DNA of 64,000 nucleotides from NCBI GenBank assembly GCA_030752605.1, contig JASMDX010000075.1, forward strand, positions 17,086 through 81,085, read 5' to 3'. Under the pieces are notes generated by a model. The model worked only from the letters and a program-made list of their open reading frames with translations, did no database searches and was not told the origin of the DNA. Of this stretch, positions 19,822-28,942 are shown piece after piece. Both the position numbers and the translations under genes were made by a program. The DNA comes from Alphaproteobacteria bacterium (GTDB lineage: Bacteria > Pseudomonadota > Alphaproteobacteria > GCA-2731375). Position 1 is the stretch's first letter. Every line of letters begins with the position of its first letter.

Positions 19822-20580
19822 TTATCCCTGTACCGCTGGTGTTTTCGAGGCGCGGCGGCGGCGTGATGAACCGCTCCGCGCCATGCTCTGGTGCAGATGA
19901 TCAACGGCGGCGGTTTGCGTCTCGATCCGTTCCATGGCGGGTTGCAACAGCGCATCCTGCAGCATGGCCATGTCGGCTCCGGCCCGGCGCGCCAATCGCA
20001 AGGCGACTTTGGCGGCCCGCCGCGCGGGCCGCGCCAAAGGGCCGGCCCGGACCAGGATATCGTCGATAATGTCGATTTCCTCGCCATCGACGGCGTTGCG
20101 CAGGGCTACCACGGCCTCCGTATCACCCTCGATCAACAGGCGGCGGGAAAAAAACAGCGCATCGCCGTCAACCCGGCCTTCCAGAAGATCGATCAGGGCC
20201 AGGAGAGAGCCGTGTATGGCCGCCGTGGCGCGGGACACATCAGCTTCGCGGGCAATGGTTAGCTTTGGTTGTTCGGCATCCGCTTTCAGCAGAAAGCGGA
20301 TCGGCAGATCGACGGGATCGATCAGGAATATCGTGTCGGCATGGCTGTCCAGGCGTTCAAACATTCCTGGATGCTGCTTGGTGACGGACGCCATCACGGC
20401 GCGCAGGAGGGGCCGCAGCACTACGTTGGGGATTGGTGCCAGCAACAAACCACCCAACAGCACTGGCGAAAAGGGCGGAACCATGCTTGCCCGGCCCGCG
20501 CTTATGGCGCCTTTGCCCCCTTGTTCAGGGCTATCCTGAGAGTCATTCAAAATATCGGTCATAGCGGTCAAATTTACCAT
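19822..20580 (-). CDS. ubiT: SCP2-domain ubiquinone accessory factor UbiT
   Basis: DGDALFFSRRLLIEGDTEAVVALRNAVD signature; adjacent to ubiU. The start may be later (20562 or 20484). Confidence 0.88.
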   Translation of the reverse strand: MVNLTAMTDILNDSQDSPEQGGKGAISAGRASMVPPFSPVLLGGLLLAPIPNVVLRPLLRAVMASVTKQHPGMFERLDSHADTIFLIDPVDLPIRFLLKADAEQPKLTIAREADVSRATAAIHGSLLALIDLLEGRVDGDALFFSRRLLIEGDTEAVVALRNAVDGEEIDIIDDILVRAGPLARPARRAAKVALRLARRAGADMAMLQDALLQPAMERIETQTAAVDHLHQSMARSGSSRRRRASKTPAVQG

Positions 20581-20677
20581 GCCAGCCAGCCCTGCTCCAT
20601 GCTGCTGCCCCTATGGCCCTGCGGCATAATGCCGCGACGCTGGGGCCAATCGCGGCCTATCCTCATATAATAGCGCC

Positions 20678-21931
20678 CTATTTGAAGCGTGCCATCCGAT
20701 AGGGCGTCAGATCCACATCGGTAGGTTCACCGGCGACCAGCGCGGCGGTAATGCGGCCAGTGTTTGGCGCCATGCCGAAACCGTAGTGGCTGTGGCCAAA
20801 GGCGGCAAACAGGTCACGCTGGCCCGGCACCGTGCCGATGCAGGGCAGGCTATCTGGGAACGATGGGCGGCTGCCCATCCATTCTACCGGGTCGTCGGTG
20901 TTGATGTCGGGGAACAGCCGTTTCGCCAGGCCCTTGAAAATTTCAGCCCGACGATAGTTAGGCGCGGCATCAAGGCCGGCGAATTCGGCGGTGCCGGCAC
21001 AGCGCACCCCGGCCAGCATGGAAGAGGCTACGAATTTGCTCTCCGTATCCATGATGGAATTATTAACCGTGATGCCCGGCTGTTGCAGGATCAGATGATA
21101 GCCGCGTTCGGCCTCCAGCGGCAGATTTAGGCCCGATTGCTCTAGCAGCGGCGCAAGCAGGCGTGCCGACCAGGCGCCGGCGGCGATGACCACTTTGTCG
21201 CTGGTAATTTCGCCATCATCCGTCTGCAGCCGCCAGCCACCGCTTTCTTGTGGCGCGATCCGGTTAACGCCGGTCTGCCTGAACACCGCTCCCATATCCT
21301 GGGCCTTGGCGACCAGGGCCTTGCCAACGCCACCGGGTGAAAGGGCACGGGCCTGCGACTTGATCAATACCGCCGCTTTGTAGCGGGGCGACAGCGCGGG
21401 TTCAAGCTCATGGAGTGCGCCATCGTCAACGACCTCCAACGGCACATCGCGGTCCAGGCGCAGTTGCCAGCCCAACTGCTTCAGGTCAATCTCGGCTGGA
21501 TCACGGTAGATATGAACGTAGAAACTATCGCTGATCAGATGCTCCGAACCGGTACCCTGCAAAAGCTGGCGGTAAAGTTCGATATTGGGCCGGTTCAAGG
21601 CTTTCATGGCGTCGGCGATTTGGGGTAACTCGGCGACATTGCCGGCGCGCAGGAATTTTATGGCCCAGGGCAGGAACGAGGGTAGATAAGGCCAACGCAG
21701 TGCGATAGGACCTTCGGGATCCAACAGCCAGCGCGGTACGCTGCGCCACAGCCCCGGCATGGACTGCGGCACGCAGGTCCAGGGCGACACCACCCCGGCG
21801 TTGCCGTGGCTGGCCCCCTCCGCCGGCGGATCACGGTCGACGACCTCGACCGCCAGGCCTTTTTCGCGCAGATATACGGCGGTACAGATGCCGACAATGC
21901 CGGCGCCTACGATCGTAACCTGCTTAGCCAT
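20678..21931 (-). CDS. FAD-dependent D-amino acid dehydrogenase (DadA-like)
   Basis: GAGIVG, ASHGNAG, ERGYH, WMGSRPS.PDSLP.IG, FGHSHYG. Confidence 0.87.
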   Translation of the reverse strand: MAKQVTIVGAGIVGICTAVYLREKGLAVEVVDRDPPAEGASHGNAGVVSPWTCVPQSMPGLWRSVPRWLLDPEGPIALRWPYLPSFLPWAIKFLRAGNVAELPQIADAMKALNRPNIELYRQLLQGTGSEHLISDSFYVHIYRDPAEIDLKQLGWQLRLDRDVPLEVVDDGALHELEPALSPRYKAAVLIKSQARALSPGGVGKALVAKAQDMGAVFRQTGVNRIAPQESGGWRLQTDDGEITSDKVVIAAGAWSARLLAPLLEQSGLNLPLEAERGYHLILQQPGITVNNSIMDTESKFVASSMLAGVRCAGTAEFAGLDAAPNYRRAEIFKGLAKRLFPDINTDDPVEWMGSRPSFPDSLPCIGTVPGQRDLFAAFGHSHYGFGMAPNTGRITAALVAGEPTDVDLTPYRMARFK

Positions 21932-21951
21932 CGGCGACCATCCCTATTCTC

Positions 21952-23526
21952 TTATATCGCGACTTCAATCAGATACGGTCCTTCGCTATGCAGGCCGCTA
22001 TCAAAGGCCGTGGCCAGTTCCTCCGCCGTGGTTACCCGCGATGCCTCCACGCCCATGCCCTTGGCCATTTGCACCCAATCCAGGTTGGGCCGGTCGATGG
22101 ACAGCATATCCACCGCACGGGGGCCGGGGTTGAGCACGCCCACATTTGTCAATTCGCCACGCAGGATATTGTAGGTGCCGTTGGCGAAGAGCAACACGGT
22201 GACATCGAGATTTTCCCGCGCCATGGTCCACAGGGATTGCACCGTGTACATACAACTCCCATCGCCTTCCAGGGCGATGACCTTGCGGTCCGGGCAGGCG
22301 ATGGCGGCGCCGACGGCGACAGGCAGGCCGTAGCCGATGGAGCCGCCCCGGTTGTTGATCCAGTCATGCGGTGGCGCGCCGGCGGTTGTGGGGAAGAATT
22401 CCCGCCCCGTGGTGACGCTTTCATCGACCACGATGGCGCCCTCGGGCACCATGGCGCCCAGCACGGCGGCAATAGCGGCGGGCGTGATCTCGCCCGTGGG
22501 CAGGGCCGGACGATGCGGTGCCGCAACGCCGGCGGGCTCCATATCCAGGCAGTCCAGTTCAATGGCCAAGGCTTCCAGGGCGGCTTCCATATCCTCATCC
22601 GTACCGGCCAACAACGTGGATTTGGCATCCGGGTCCACCAACAGAGAGGGCTTGTCGGGATATGCGAAAAAAGCAACCGGCTCCCGCGCGCCGACCATCA
22701 CCAGATCACCGGCTTTTTTCATGACTTCAAGCGCCAGTTCCACCACATAGGGCACGCGGTTGACCTGTACCCGGCCCGCACCCCTTTCCAGGCGGGTATT
22801 GGCGCCTTCGGTCAGGATGCCGCAACCGGTCTTGGCGGCGATCCGGCCCGCCAGGTTCAGGCTGCGCTCGCGCAGGGCTGCGCCGCCCATCAATAAAGTG
22901 GCATTATCGGAGGTGCGCAGCAGATCGGCGGCGGCCTTGACCGCATCGTCGGATACTTTGGGTGGCGCGCTGGGCGCCGTGGTTACGGCGACTTCGTCCG
23001 CCGGCCCCCAGGCGGTATCGGCGGGCAGGATCAGGGTGGCGATCTGTCCCGGTGTCTGGGTCGCCGCCTCGATCGCCAAGGCGCCGTCGCCGGCGATGGT
23101 CTTGGAGGTCGGCGATGTCTTGACCCAATGGGACATGGACGCTGCCGTGCCCTCGATGTCGGCGGTCAGGGGCGCATCGTACTTAATGTGATAGGTGGCA
23201 TGTTCGCCGACGATATTGACGACGGCGGAGTCCGCCTTCTTGGCGTTATGCAGGTTGGCCAAACCATTGGCCAGGCCGGGCGCCAAATGCAGCAGGGTCG
23301 ATGCCGGCTTGCCCAGCATGCGGTAATAGCCGTCGGCGGCGCCGGTCACCACGCCCTCGAACAGGCCCAGGACGCAACGCATGCCCGGTACCTTGTCCAG
23401 GGCGGCGACGAAATGCATCTCGGATGTACCCGGATTGGTGAAGCAGACCGTGACGCCGCCGTCGATCAGGGTGCGGACCAGGCTTTCGGCGCCATTCATT
23501 TCATCGGAATTTATCTCGTTACTCAT
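21952..23526 (-). CDS. ThDP-dependent enzyme, acetolactate-synthase-large-subunit-like
   Basis: NPGTSEMHF, catalytic FEG, GDGS...N ThDP-binding motif; no regulatory small subunit nearby. Confidence 0.87.
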   Translation of the reverse strand: MSNEINSDEMNGAESLVRTLIDGGVTVCFTNPGTSEMHFVAALDKVPGMRCVLGLFEGVVTGAADGYYRMLGKPASTLLHLAPGLANGLANLHNAKKADSAVVNIVGEHATYHIKYDAPLTADIEGTAASMSHWVKTSPTSKTIAGDGALAIEAATQTPGQIATLILPADTAWGPADEVAVTTAPSAPPKVSDDAVKAAADLLRTSDNATLLMGGAALRERSLNLAGRIAAKTGCGILTEGANTRLERGAGRVQVNRVPYVVELALEVMKKAGDLVMVGAREPVAFFAYPDKPSLLVDPDAKSTLLAGTDEDMEAALEALAIELDCLDMEPAGVAAPHRPALPTGEITPAAIAAVLGAMVPEGAIVVDESVTTGREFFPTTAGAPPHDWINNRGGSIGYGLPVAVGAAIACPDRKVIALEGDGSCMYTVQSLWTMARENLDVTVLLFANGTYNILRGELTNVGVLNPGPRAVDMLSIDRPNLDWVQMAKGMGVEASRVTTAEELATAFDSGLHSEGPYLIEVAI

Positions 23527-23558
23527 TGGTAGATGTCTCCTAGATGCATATTCAGTTC

Positions 23559-25292
23559 TCAGCTGGCGCGCAGCCTGACCGTGGCGGCTTCGTCCACTGA
23601 CTTACCATCCCCGCTTAGCTTAACGCCATAAATCTCTTCGCCGGCCTGTAGGCTGACGACGCCGTCGCGGATATCGCGTAGCACCCGCCATGGCTCCCGC
23701 TGTTTCGGATCGCCCCAGCCACCGCCGCCTGGTGATGAGGCGCGCAGGGTCAGGGGGCCGAAATGGCGGACGGCGTACTTCGGTGGCGTTTCTCTACCGC
23801 CATGGGCAAACGATACTTCCATGTCGCCGGGCTGGCCCGCGGCCCCGCCCGCGGCCCCGAAGCAGGACGTGTTGTACAGTCCCTCGCCGCGAAAGGCGTA
23901 TTCGGCATCGACATTGATCTCAACCTCGAAATCGGCGCCGGTGCCGCCGCGATAGGCGCCGGAGCCGGCGGCATCGGTGCGGAATTCCTGCCGTTTGAAC
24001 AGCACGGGATAGAGTTGCTCGTATGTTTCCACATTGGGCAACACCAGGCCGCCCAGGGCGATCAGATGGCCGATCTGGTTGAAACCGTCGCGGCCTTCGA
24101 CGCCGCCGCCGCCAGGCGCGGAATTCCATTGATACATCACGAATGGGCTCTCTCCGCCTGTCCTGCCTGATGTGGTGCCATGTATGGCCTTGCCCCAACC
24201 GGCGCAGCTGCGTTCGGGCACCGCCTGGTTCAGGGTTTTCCAGATCACATGTACGATCTCGTGCGCGACGAAGACCGTGTTCATGGTCATGGCGGCGGGC
24301 GGTCTGGCATTGATGATGGTGCCTTCGGGCGCGATGATGGTCACCGTGCGGAAGGTGCCTTCGTTGCGTGGCAGATCCGGGTCGAAGTACGAGGCCAAGG
24401 CCATGTAGACAGCGGACCAGGTGTTGGCGACGGAGGAATTCTTGAAGCCTTTGACCTGTGGCGCGGTGCCGGTGAAATCAACCTCCAAGGCCTCACCCTT
24501 GACGCTCAGGCGCACCCGAATGGCATCATCAACAGGCTCAAAGCAGTCGTTGTCGATGGCTTCTTCGGCGTGGTAGTTGCCGTCGGGCATGGCGGCGACA
24601 CAGCGGCGGAAGCTGCGGTCGGCATGTTCCAGGATGCCTTCGAAATAGTCCCGGTATTGCGTCATGCCAAGCTCTTCCACTAGGGCGGCGATGCGGTCGG
24701 CGCCGATCTTGGTGGAGCCGATCATGGCCCGTAGATCGCCATCCAGGGCCTCCGCCGTGCGCGTGTTGATCATCACCAGGCGCCAGATGTCCTGGCGCGT
24801 CTCGCCCTTGGCGATCAGTTTCATCACCGGCAGGCGGATGCCTTCGTGAAAAATCTCACGGGCTTCGGAATTGTAGGTCCCCGCCGCGCCGCCGCCAATA
24901 TCGGCTTGGTGGGCCCGGTTGCAGGCAAAGGCAACCAACTCGCCGCCAACAAATACCGGCCGGGCGATAACCCAGTCGGGCAGATGGTTGCCGCCCGCCG
25001 TGTAGGGATCGTTCAACAAAAAGACATCGCCATCATCGATATCACCGGCGAAATCCCGCAACAGGGCGCGCACGGCGAAACCGCCACCTCCCGTATGGAT
25101 GGGAATGCCGTCGGCCTGGCTGACCAGGGTGCCGTCGGGATCGGCGATGAAGCAGGAGAAATCGTGGCTTTGCGAGAAAATCGGGCTGCGCGCGGTCCGC
25201 GTCATGACCCAGCCCATCTGCCGCGATATATGATCCAAACGGTTCTGCACCAGGGCCAGGACGATCGGATCGAGACTGTCTTGACTGTTCAT
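23559..25292 (-). CDS. Hydantoinase B / oxoprolinase family subunit
   Basis: RTARSP, DFSC, NDPYTAGGNHLPD, HQADIGG, SGAYRGG, PGGGGWGDP. Confidence 0.92.
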   Translation of the reverse strand: MNSQDSLDPIVLALVQNRLDHISRQMGWVMTRTARSPIFSQSHDFSCFIADPDGTLVSQADGIPIHTGGGGFAVRALLRDFAGDIDDGDVFLLNDPYTAGGNHLPDWVIARPVFVGGELVAFACNRAHQADIGGGAAGTYNSEAREIFHEGIRLPVMKLIAKGETRQDIWRLVMINTRTAEALDGDLRAMIGSTKIGADRIAALVEELGMTQYRDYFEGILEHADRSFRRCVAAMPDGNYHAEEAIDNDCFEPVDDAIRVRLSVKGEALEVDFTGTAPQVKGFKNSSVANTWSAVYMALASYFDPDLPRNEGTFRTVTIIAPEGTIINARPPAAMTMNTVFVAHEIVHVIWKTLNQAVPERSCAGWGKAIHGTTSGRTGGESPFVMYQWNSAPGGGGVEGRDGFNQIGHLIALGGLVLPNVETYEQLYPVLFKRQEFRTDAAGSGAYRGGTGADFEVEINVDAEYAFRGEGLYNTSCFGAAGGAAGQPGDMEVSFAHGGRETPPKYAVRHFGPLTLRASSPGGGGWGDPKQREPWRVLRDIRDGVVSLQAGEEIYGVKLSGDGKSVDEAATVRLRAS

Positions 25293-25293
25293 A

Positions 25294-27369
25294 TCAATTC
25301 TCCGCCCCGTCGATTTCGATCAGGAAATTATCCGCTGCGTCCACCGACAAGCGGTCTTTCGGTCCGACAAACACCGTCGTGGTCAGCTCCTCCACCAGCA
25401 GCGGGCCGTCCCGGCAAAAGCCTGGCCGCAGATCGGCGCCGGTATAGACAGGCGTCTCCTGCCAGCCATGCCTGCCGTCCGTAAAGACTTGGCGCAGCGC
25501 GGTGGGTTCGGGCCGTTTATCCGATGGCTCAGCTGATATCGGATCCGTGACATCGATCAAGCCACGTGCGGTGACACGCAGGGCGGTGATCTCGATGGTG
25601 CCGCCCGGCTGGGTGTGGCCGTACTGCCGTTGATGATCCGCATCGAAGGAAACTCGAACGGCGCCTGGGTCGAAGCTGTCATCGGACAAGGCGACGCGGA
25701 TCGACCACAACTGGCCGCGATAGCGTAAGTCCAATTCCCGCTGCACTATCGCCTTGTCGCCGCTGAATCCTTCGGCGGCCAGCGCGGCCTGCGCCCGATC
25801 AGCCAGGGGCTCGAAAGCCTGTTGCAAGGTGGTGCCGTCGACGCTGTCCAGATTGTCGAAATGCACGGCCAGATAATCCTGGCGAATGTCCGTGTGCAAC
25901 ATGCCCAGGGCGCAAAAGGCGCCCGCCTGGCGCGGCACATAAGCCTGGCCGCAGCCCAACGAGCGGGCCACGGAGGCGCCATGCATGGGCCCGGCGCCGC
26001 CAGCGGCTACCAGAGTGAAGCGGCGCGGATCGTGGCCCCGCTGGATCGAGATATGCTCCACCGCATGCAGCAGGTTCTGTTCCAACAGGCGGATGATGCC
26101 TGCTGCCGCTTCTTCGACCCGAATTCCCAAAGGGGCCGCGATCTTGCTCTCGATAGCCTGCCACGCCAGCTTGTCGTCCAAGGTCACGCTGCCGCCCGCA
26201 TAGGGACCGGGGCGCAGGCGGCCCAGAACCATATAGGCGTCGGTGACGGTTGGCTGATCGCCGCCCTGGCCATAACAGGCCGGGCCGGGCAGGGCACCCG
26301 CGCCCAGTGGGCCCACATGCAGCAAACCGGCCTCGTCCACATGGGCGATGGTGCCGCCGCCCGCACCCACGGTATGGATTTCCACCGAGGGCGTGGCCAG
26401 GTGATAGCCGTCGATGTTCAGCTCGTCCGTCACGCCGACCTGGCCTTCGCCCATCAGGGTAACATCGCAACTGGTGCCGCCGATCTCCATGGCGATCAGA
26501 TTGTTCGTGCTCGCCGCCCGGCTATAGAGGCCCAGGGCGCCGACGCCGGCGGCGGGACCCGAGAGCACCAGATTGACCGGCCGCTCCGAGACCTGTTCGA
26601 CGGACACCGCGCCGCCGTTGCTTTGCAGCAATAAAATCGGCCGGGCCAAGCCGTTATCGCGTAAATGGCTGTCCAGATCCCTTAGGTAACCGACCACATT
26701 CGGTGCGATGTAGGCATTGACCACGGTGGTCGAGGTGCGTTCGTACTCCCCCATGATCGGGGCGATGCGGCTGGATAGCGAGACCCAGGGAAATGCTTCC
26801 AGGTGTTTCGCCACCGCATCCTCGTGCGCCGGATTGCCATAGCTGTTCAGCAAGGCAACGGCGATGGCGTCCACCTCTTCCTCGGCAAAGACCGCCATCG
26901 CCGCATCAACGTCGCTCAATGCGATGGACGCCAGTTCGACACCGTTCTTGTCCAGGCGGCCAGCCACGGGTTGGCGGAGATAACGCGGCACCAAAACGTC
27001 GGGAAAAGGTGCGCGGTGATCCCACATGTTCTCCCGTATACCACGGCGTACTTCCAGGCTGTCGCGGAAGCCGGTGGTGGTCAGCAGGCCGACCTTGGCG
27101 CCTTTCTTTTCTAGAATGGTGTTCGTAGCGACGGTGGATCCATGAAAAAACAAAGCGCAATTGCCAAGTAAATCAGACAGTTCGATCGACAACTGGTCCG
27201 CCGCCCGCGCCAGCACCGACATGACACCCTGGCTGGGATCGGCGGGCACGGAGGGCGCCTTGAACACCCACAGGGAGCCGGTTTGATCGCGCAGCACCAT
27301 GTCCGTGAAGGTGCCGCCCACATCGACGCCGATGCGCCAAGGTGCTGCTGGTTGCGCGCCGCTCACCAC
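25294..27369 (-). CDS. Hydantoinase A / oxoprolinase family ATP-binding subunit
   Basis: GVDVGGTFTD, STVATN, EYERTSTT, SGPAAGV, IGGTSCDV, GAGGGTIA, PGPACY, GGAGPMH. Confidence 0.93.
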   Translation of the reverse strand: MVSGAQPAAPWRIGVDVGGTFTDMVLRDQTGSLWVFKAPSVPADPSQGVMSVLARAADQLSIELSDLLGNCALFFHGSTVATNTILEKKGAKVGLLTTTGFRDSLEVRRGIRENMWDHRAPFPDVLVPRYLRQPVAGRLDKNGVELASIALSDVDAAMAVFAEEEVDAIAVALLNSYGNPAHEDAVAKHLEAFPWVSLSSRIAPIMGEYERTSTTVVNAYIAPNVVGYLRDLDSHLRDNGLARPILLLQSNGGAVSVEQVSERPVNLVLSGPAAGVGALGLYSRAASTNNLIAMEIGGTSCDVTLMGEGQVGVTDELNIDGYHLATPSVEIHTVGAGGGTIAHVDEAGLLHVGPLGAGALPGPACYGQGGDQPTVTDAYMVLGRLRPGPYAGGSVTLDDKLAWQAIESKIAAPLGIRVEEAAAGIIRLLEQNLLHAVEHISIQRGHDPRRFTLVAAGGAGPMHGASVARSLGCGQAYVPRQAGAFCALGMLHTDIRQDYLAVHFDNLDSVDGTTLQQAFEPLADRAQAALAAEGFSGDKAIVQRELDLRYRGQLWSIRVALSDDSFDPGAVRVSFDADHQRQYGHTQPGGTIEITALRVTARGLIDVTDPISAEPSDKRPEPTALRQVFTDGRHGWQETPVYTGADLRPGFCRDGPLLVEELTTTVFVGPKDRLSVDAADNFLIEIDGAEN

Positions 27370-27767
27370 CGGGACGCCTTGTCTTGGATCGAAACGTGGG
27401 CCGCGACGACCTTCCAGCCCAGATCGGGAAACTTCACCCAGGTTTGCGATTGCCGGCCCACTTCGTCCTGACCGCGGACCTTGAATTCCAGGTTCACGGT
27501 GGCGAAACTGTCGCCCAGGGTGAGGATTTCCAGGCGACGGCGCACTTCCTTGATGCCGGGACCTGGCGCGCGCGAGGTTCGGTGTTTATGGATCTCGTCG
27601 AAACCATAGCCGTTTTCGTGCATGGCATAGCGAATTGTCTTGGTGCTGTCCCAAAAGGTGTTGTCCAGAACATTCACATCTTTGTCGATCAGGGCCTGTT
27701 CATATTCCTCGAACAGGGCAGTAATTTCCGCCACTACGTCCGGATCGTTTTCGACAAGTGTATTCAC
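27363..27767 (-). CDS. AtzH/HpxZ-like (DUF3225, NTF2-fold) protein
   Basis: YEQALIDKDV..LD..FW, IRY...ENGYGFDEI, GRQSQTWV, GWKVVAAHVS. GTG start overlaps the amidase stop (GTGA). Confidence 0.85.
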   Translation of the reverse strand: MNTLVENDPDVVAEITALFEEYEQALIDKDVNVLDNTFWDSTKTIRYAMHENGYGFDEIHKHRTSRAPGPGIKEVRRRLEILTLGDSFATVNLEFKVRGQDEVGRQSQTWVKFPDLGWKVVAAHVSIQDKASRW

Positions 27768-28942
27768 GCGGAATTCTCCATTGCTAGGGCTAGGGCAGTC
27801 AGTTGGGCGTCCGTGCCCCAGCGGCCAATGATCGACATGCCAACAGGCAGGCCATCGATAGTAGCGCCAGGGATCGATACTTGCGGTACCCCGGTCAGGC
27901 CGCCGTGAGTGCACAGACAGGCGATCTGCATGCGCAGAGGGTCGGTCTGGTTGATCGGCAGGCCCTTCATCGGTGCTGGAAATGGTGTCGTCGGAAGGCA
28001 GAGCACGGTGTTGGGCGGCAACAGATAATCCAGCCGGGTCCGAGCCTCCTGGCGCATCATGTTGGCCCAGTCGCGCTCGGCTTCGGGAATGGCGGCGGCG
28101 GTGGCTAGGCCGCGGGCGACGGAGTAAGCCATGGCCGGATTGGTTGTTTCCAGCCAGTCCTTGAAGGTCAGCCAGCCTTCATGGGATTGCAGGGTACGCT
28201 GCGCCCTGGCCCAGGTGCTCAGACCAGGCGGTGCCATGACCTCTTCTTCAATTGTTTCCACCAATTCGCCCAGGCGCTCGATAATGGGTAATAGGGCGGC
28301 ATGTAGCTTGCCGTCCGCGAAGCCGAAGGCATCCACCGCGACGATCAGGCGGTCCGGCAGTTCGGTTGGAATATCTTCCGCCAACATGACGGCGGATGCC
28401 CTGGCGAAGGTCTTGGCGTCGCGGGCGAACCAACCGGTCGTATCGGAACTGGGCGCTTGCGGCATCATACCGCCAAGCTCCAGCCGGCCATGGGTGGGGC
28501 GGATGCCGTATAGACCGCAGAAACTGGCTGGCACCCGAACCGAGCCGCCGGTATCCGTGCCCAGGGCGATGTCGCACATATCTGCGGCCACTGCCGCCGC
28601 CGAGCCGGCGGAGGAGCCACCCGGTACCCGGTCAGGCGCGGCACTGTTCACCGGCGTGCCATGAAAGACATTCTCGCCCAGGATGCCTAGGGAGACTTCA
28701 TCGGTAATCGCCTTGCCCACCAGATCGGCGCCGCCGTCCAGCAAAACCTGCACGGCCCAGGCGTGCCGCTTTGCCGGTTCATGGTTGCCCGGCCAGTCTG
28801 GATTGCCGCCGCCCGTGGGATGCCCAGCCACATCAAACAAATCCTTGGCCACGAAGGTCAGGCCCGATAGCGGCCCATTCGGTGCGCCTTCGATATGTAC
28901 CGACGAGCCTGGCACCAACGCGCCGACCGTGTCTTGCATCAT
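27764..28942 (-). CDS. Amidase signature family enzyme (short form)
   Basis: KDLFD, PGGSSAGS, GTDTGGSVRVPA (Lys-Ser-Ser triad). Confidence 0.92.
   Translation of the reverse strand: MMQDTVGALVPGSSVHIEGAPNGPLSGLTFVAKDLFDVAGHPTGGGNPDWPGNHEPAKRHAWAVQVLLDGGADLVGKAITDEVSLGILGENVFHGTPVNSAAPDRVPGGSSAGSAAAVAADMCDIALGTDTGGSVRVPASFCGLYGIRPTHGRLELGGMMPQAPSSDTTGWFARDAKTFARASAVMLAEDIPTELPDRLIVAVDAFGFADGKLHAALLPIIERLGELVETIEEEVMAPPGLSTWARAQRTLQSHEGWLTFKDWLETTNPAMAYSVARGLATAAAIPEAERDWANMMRQEARTRLDYLLPPNTVLCLPTTPFPAPMKGLPINQTDPLRMQIACLCTHGGLTGVPQVSIPGATIDGLPVGMSIIGRWGTDAQLTALALAMENSA

Noticed and set aside
20530-20677. FNR box upstream of ubiT
   Set aside because: Only half-site matches (TTGAC...ATGAC); no TTGAT-N4-ATCAA.
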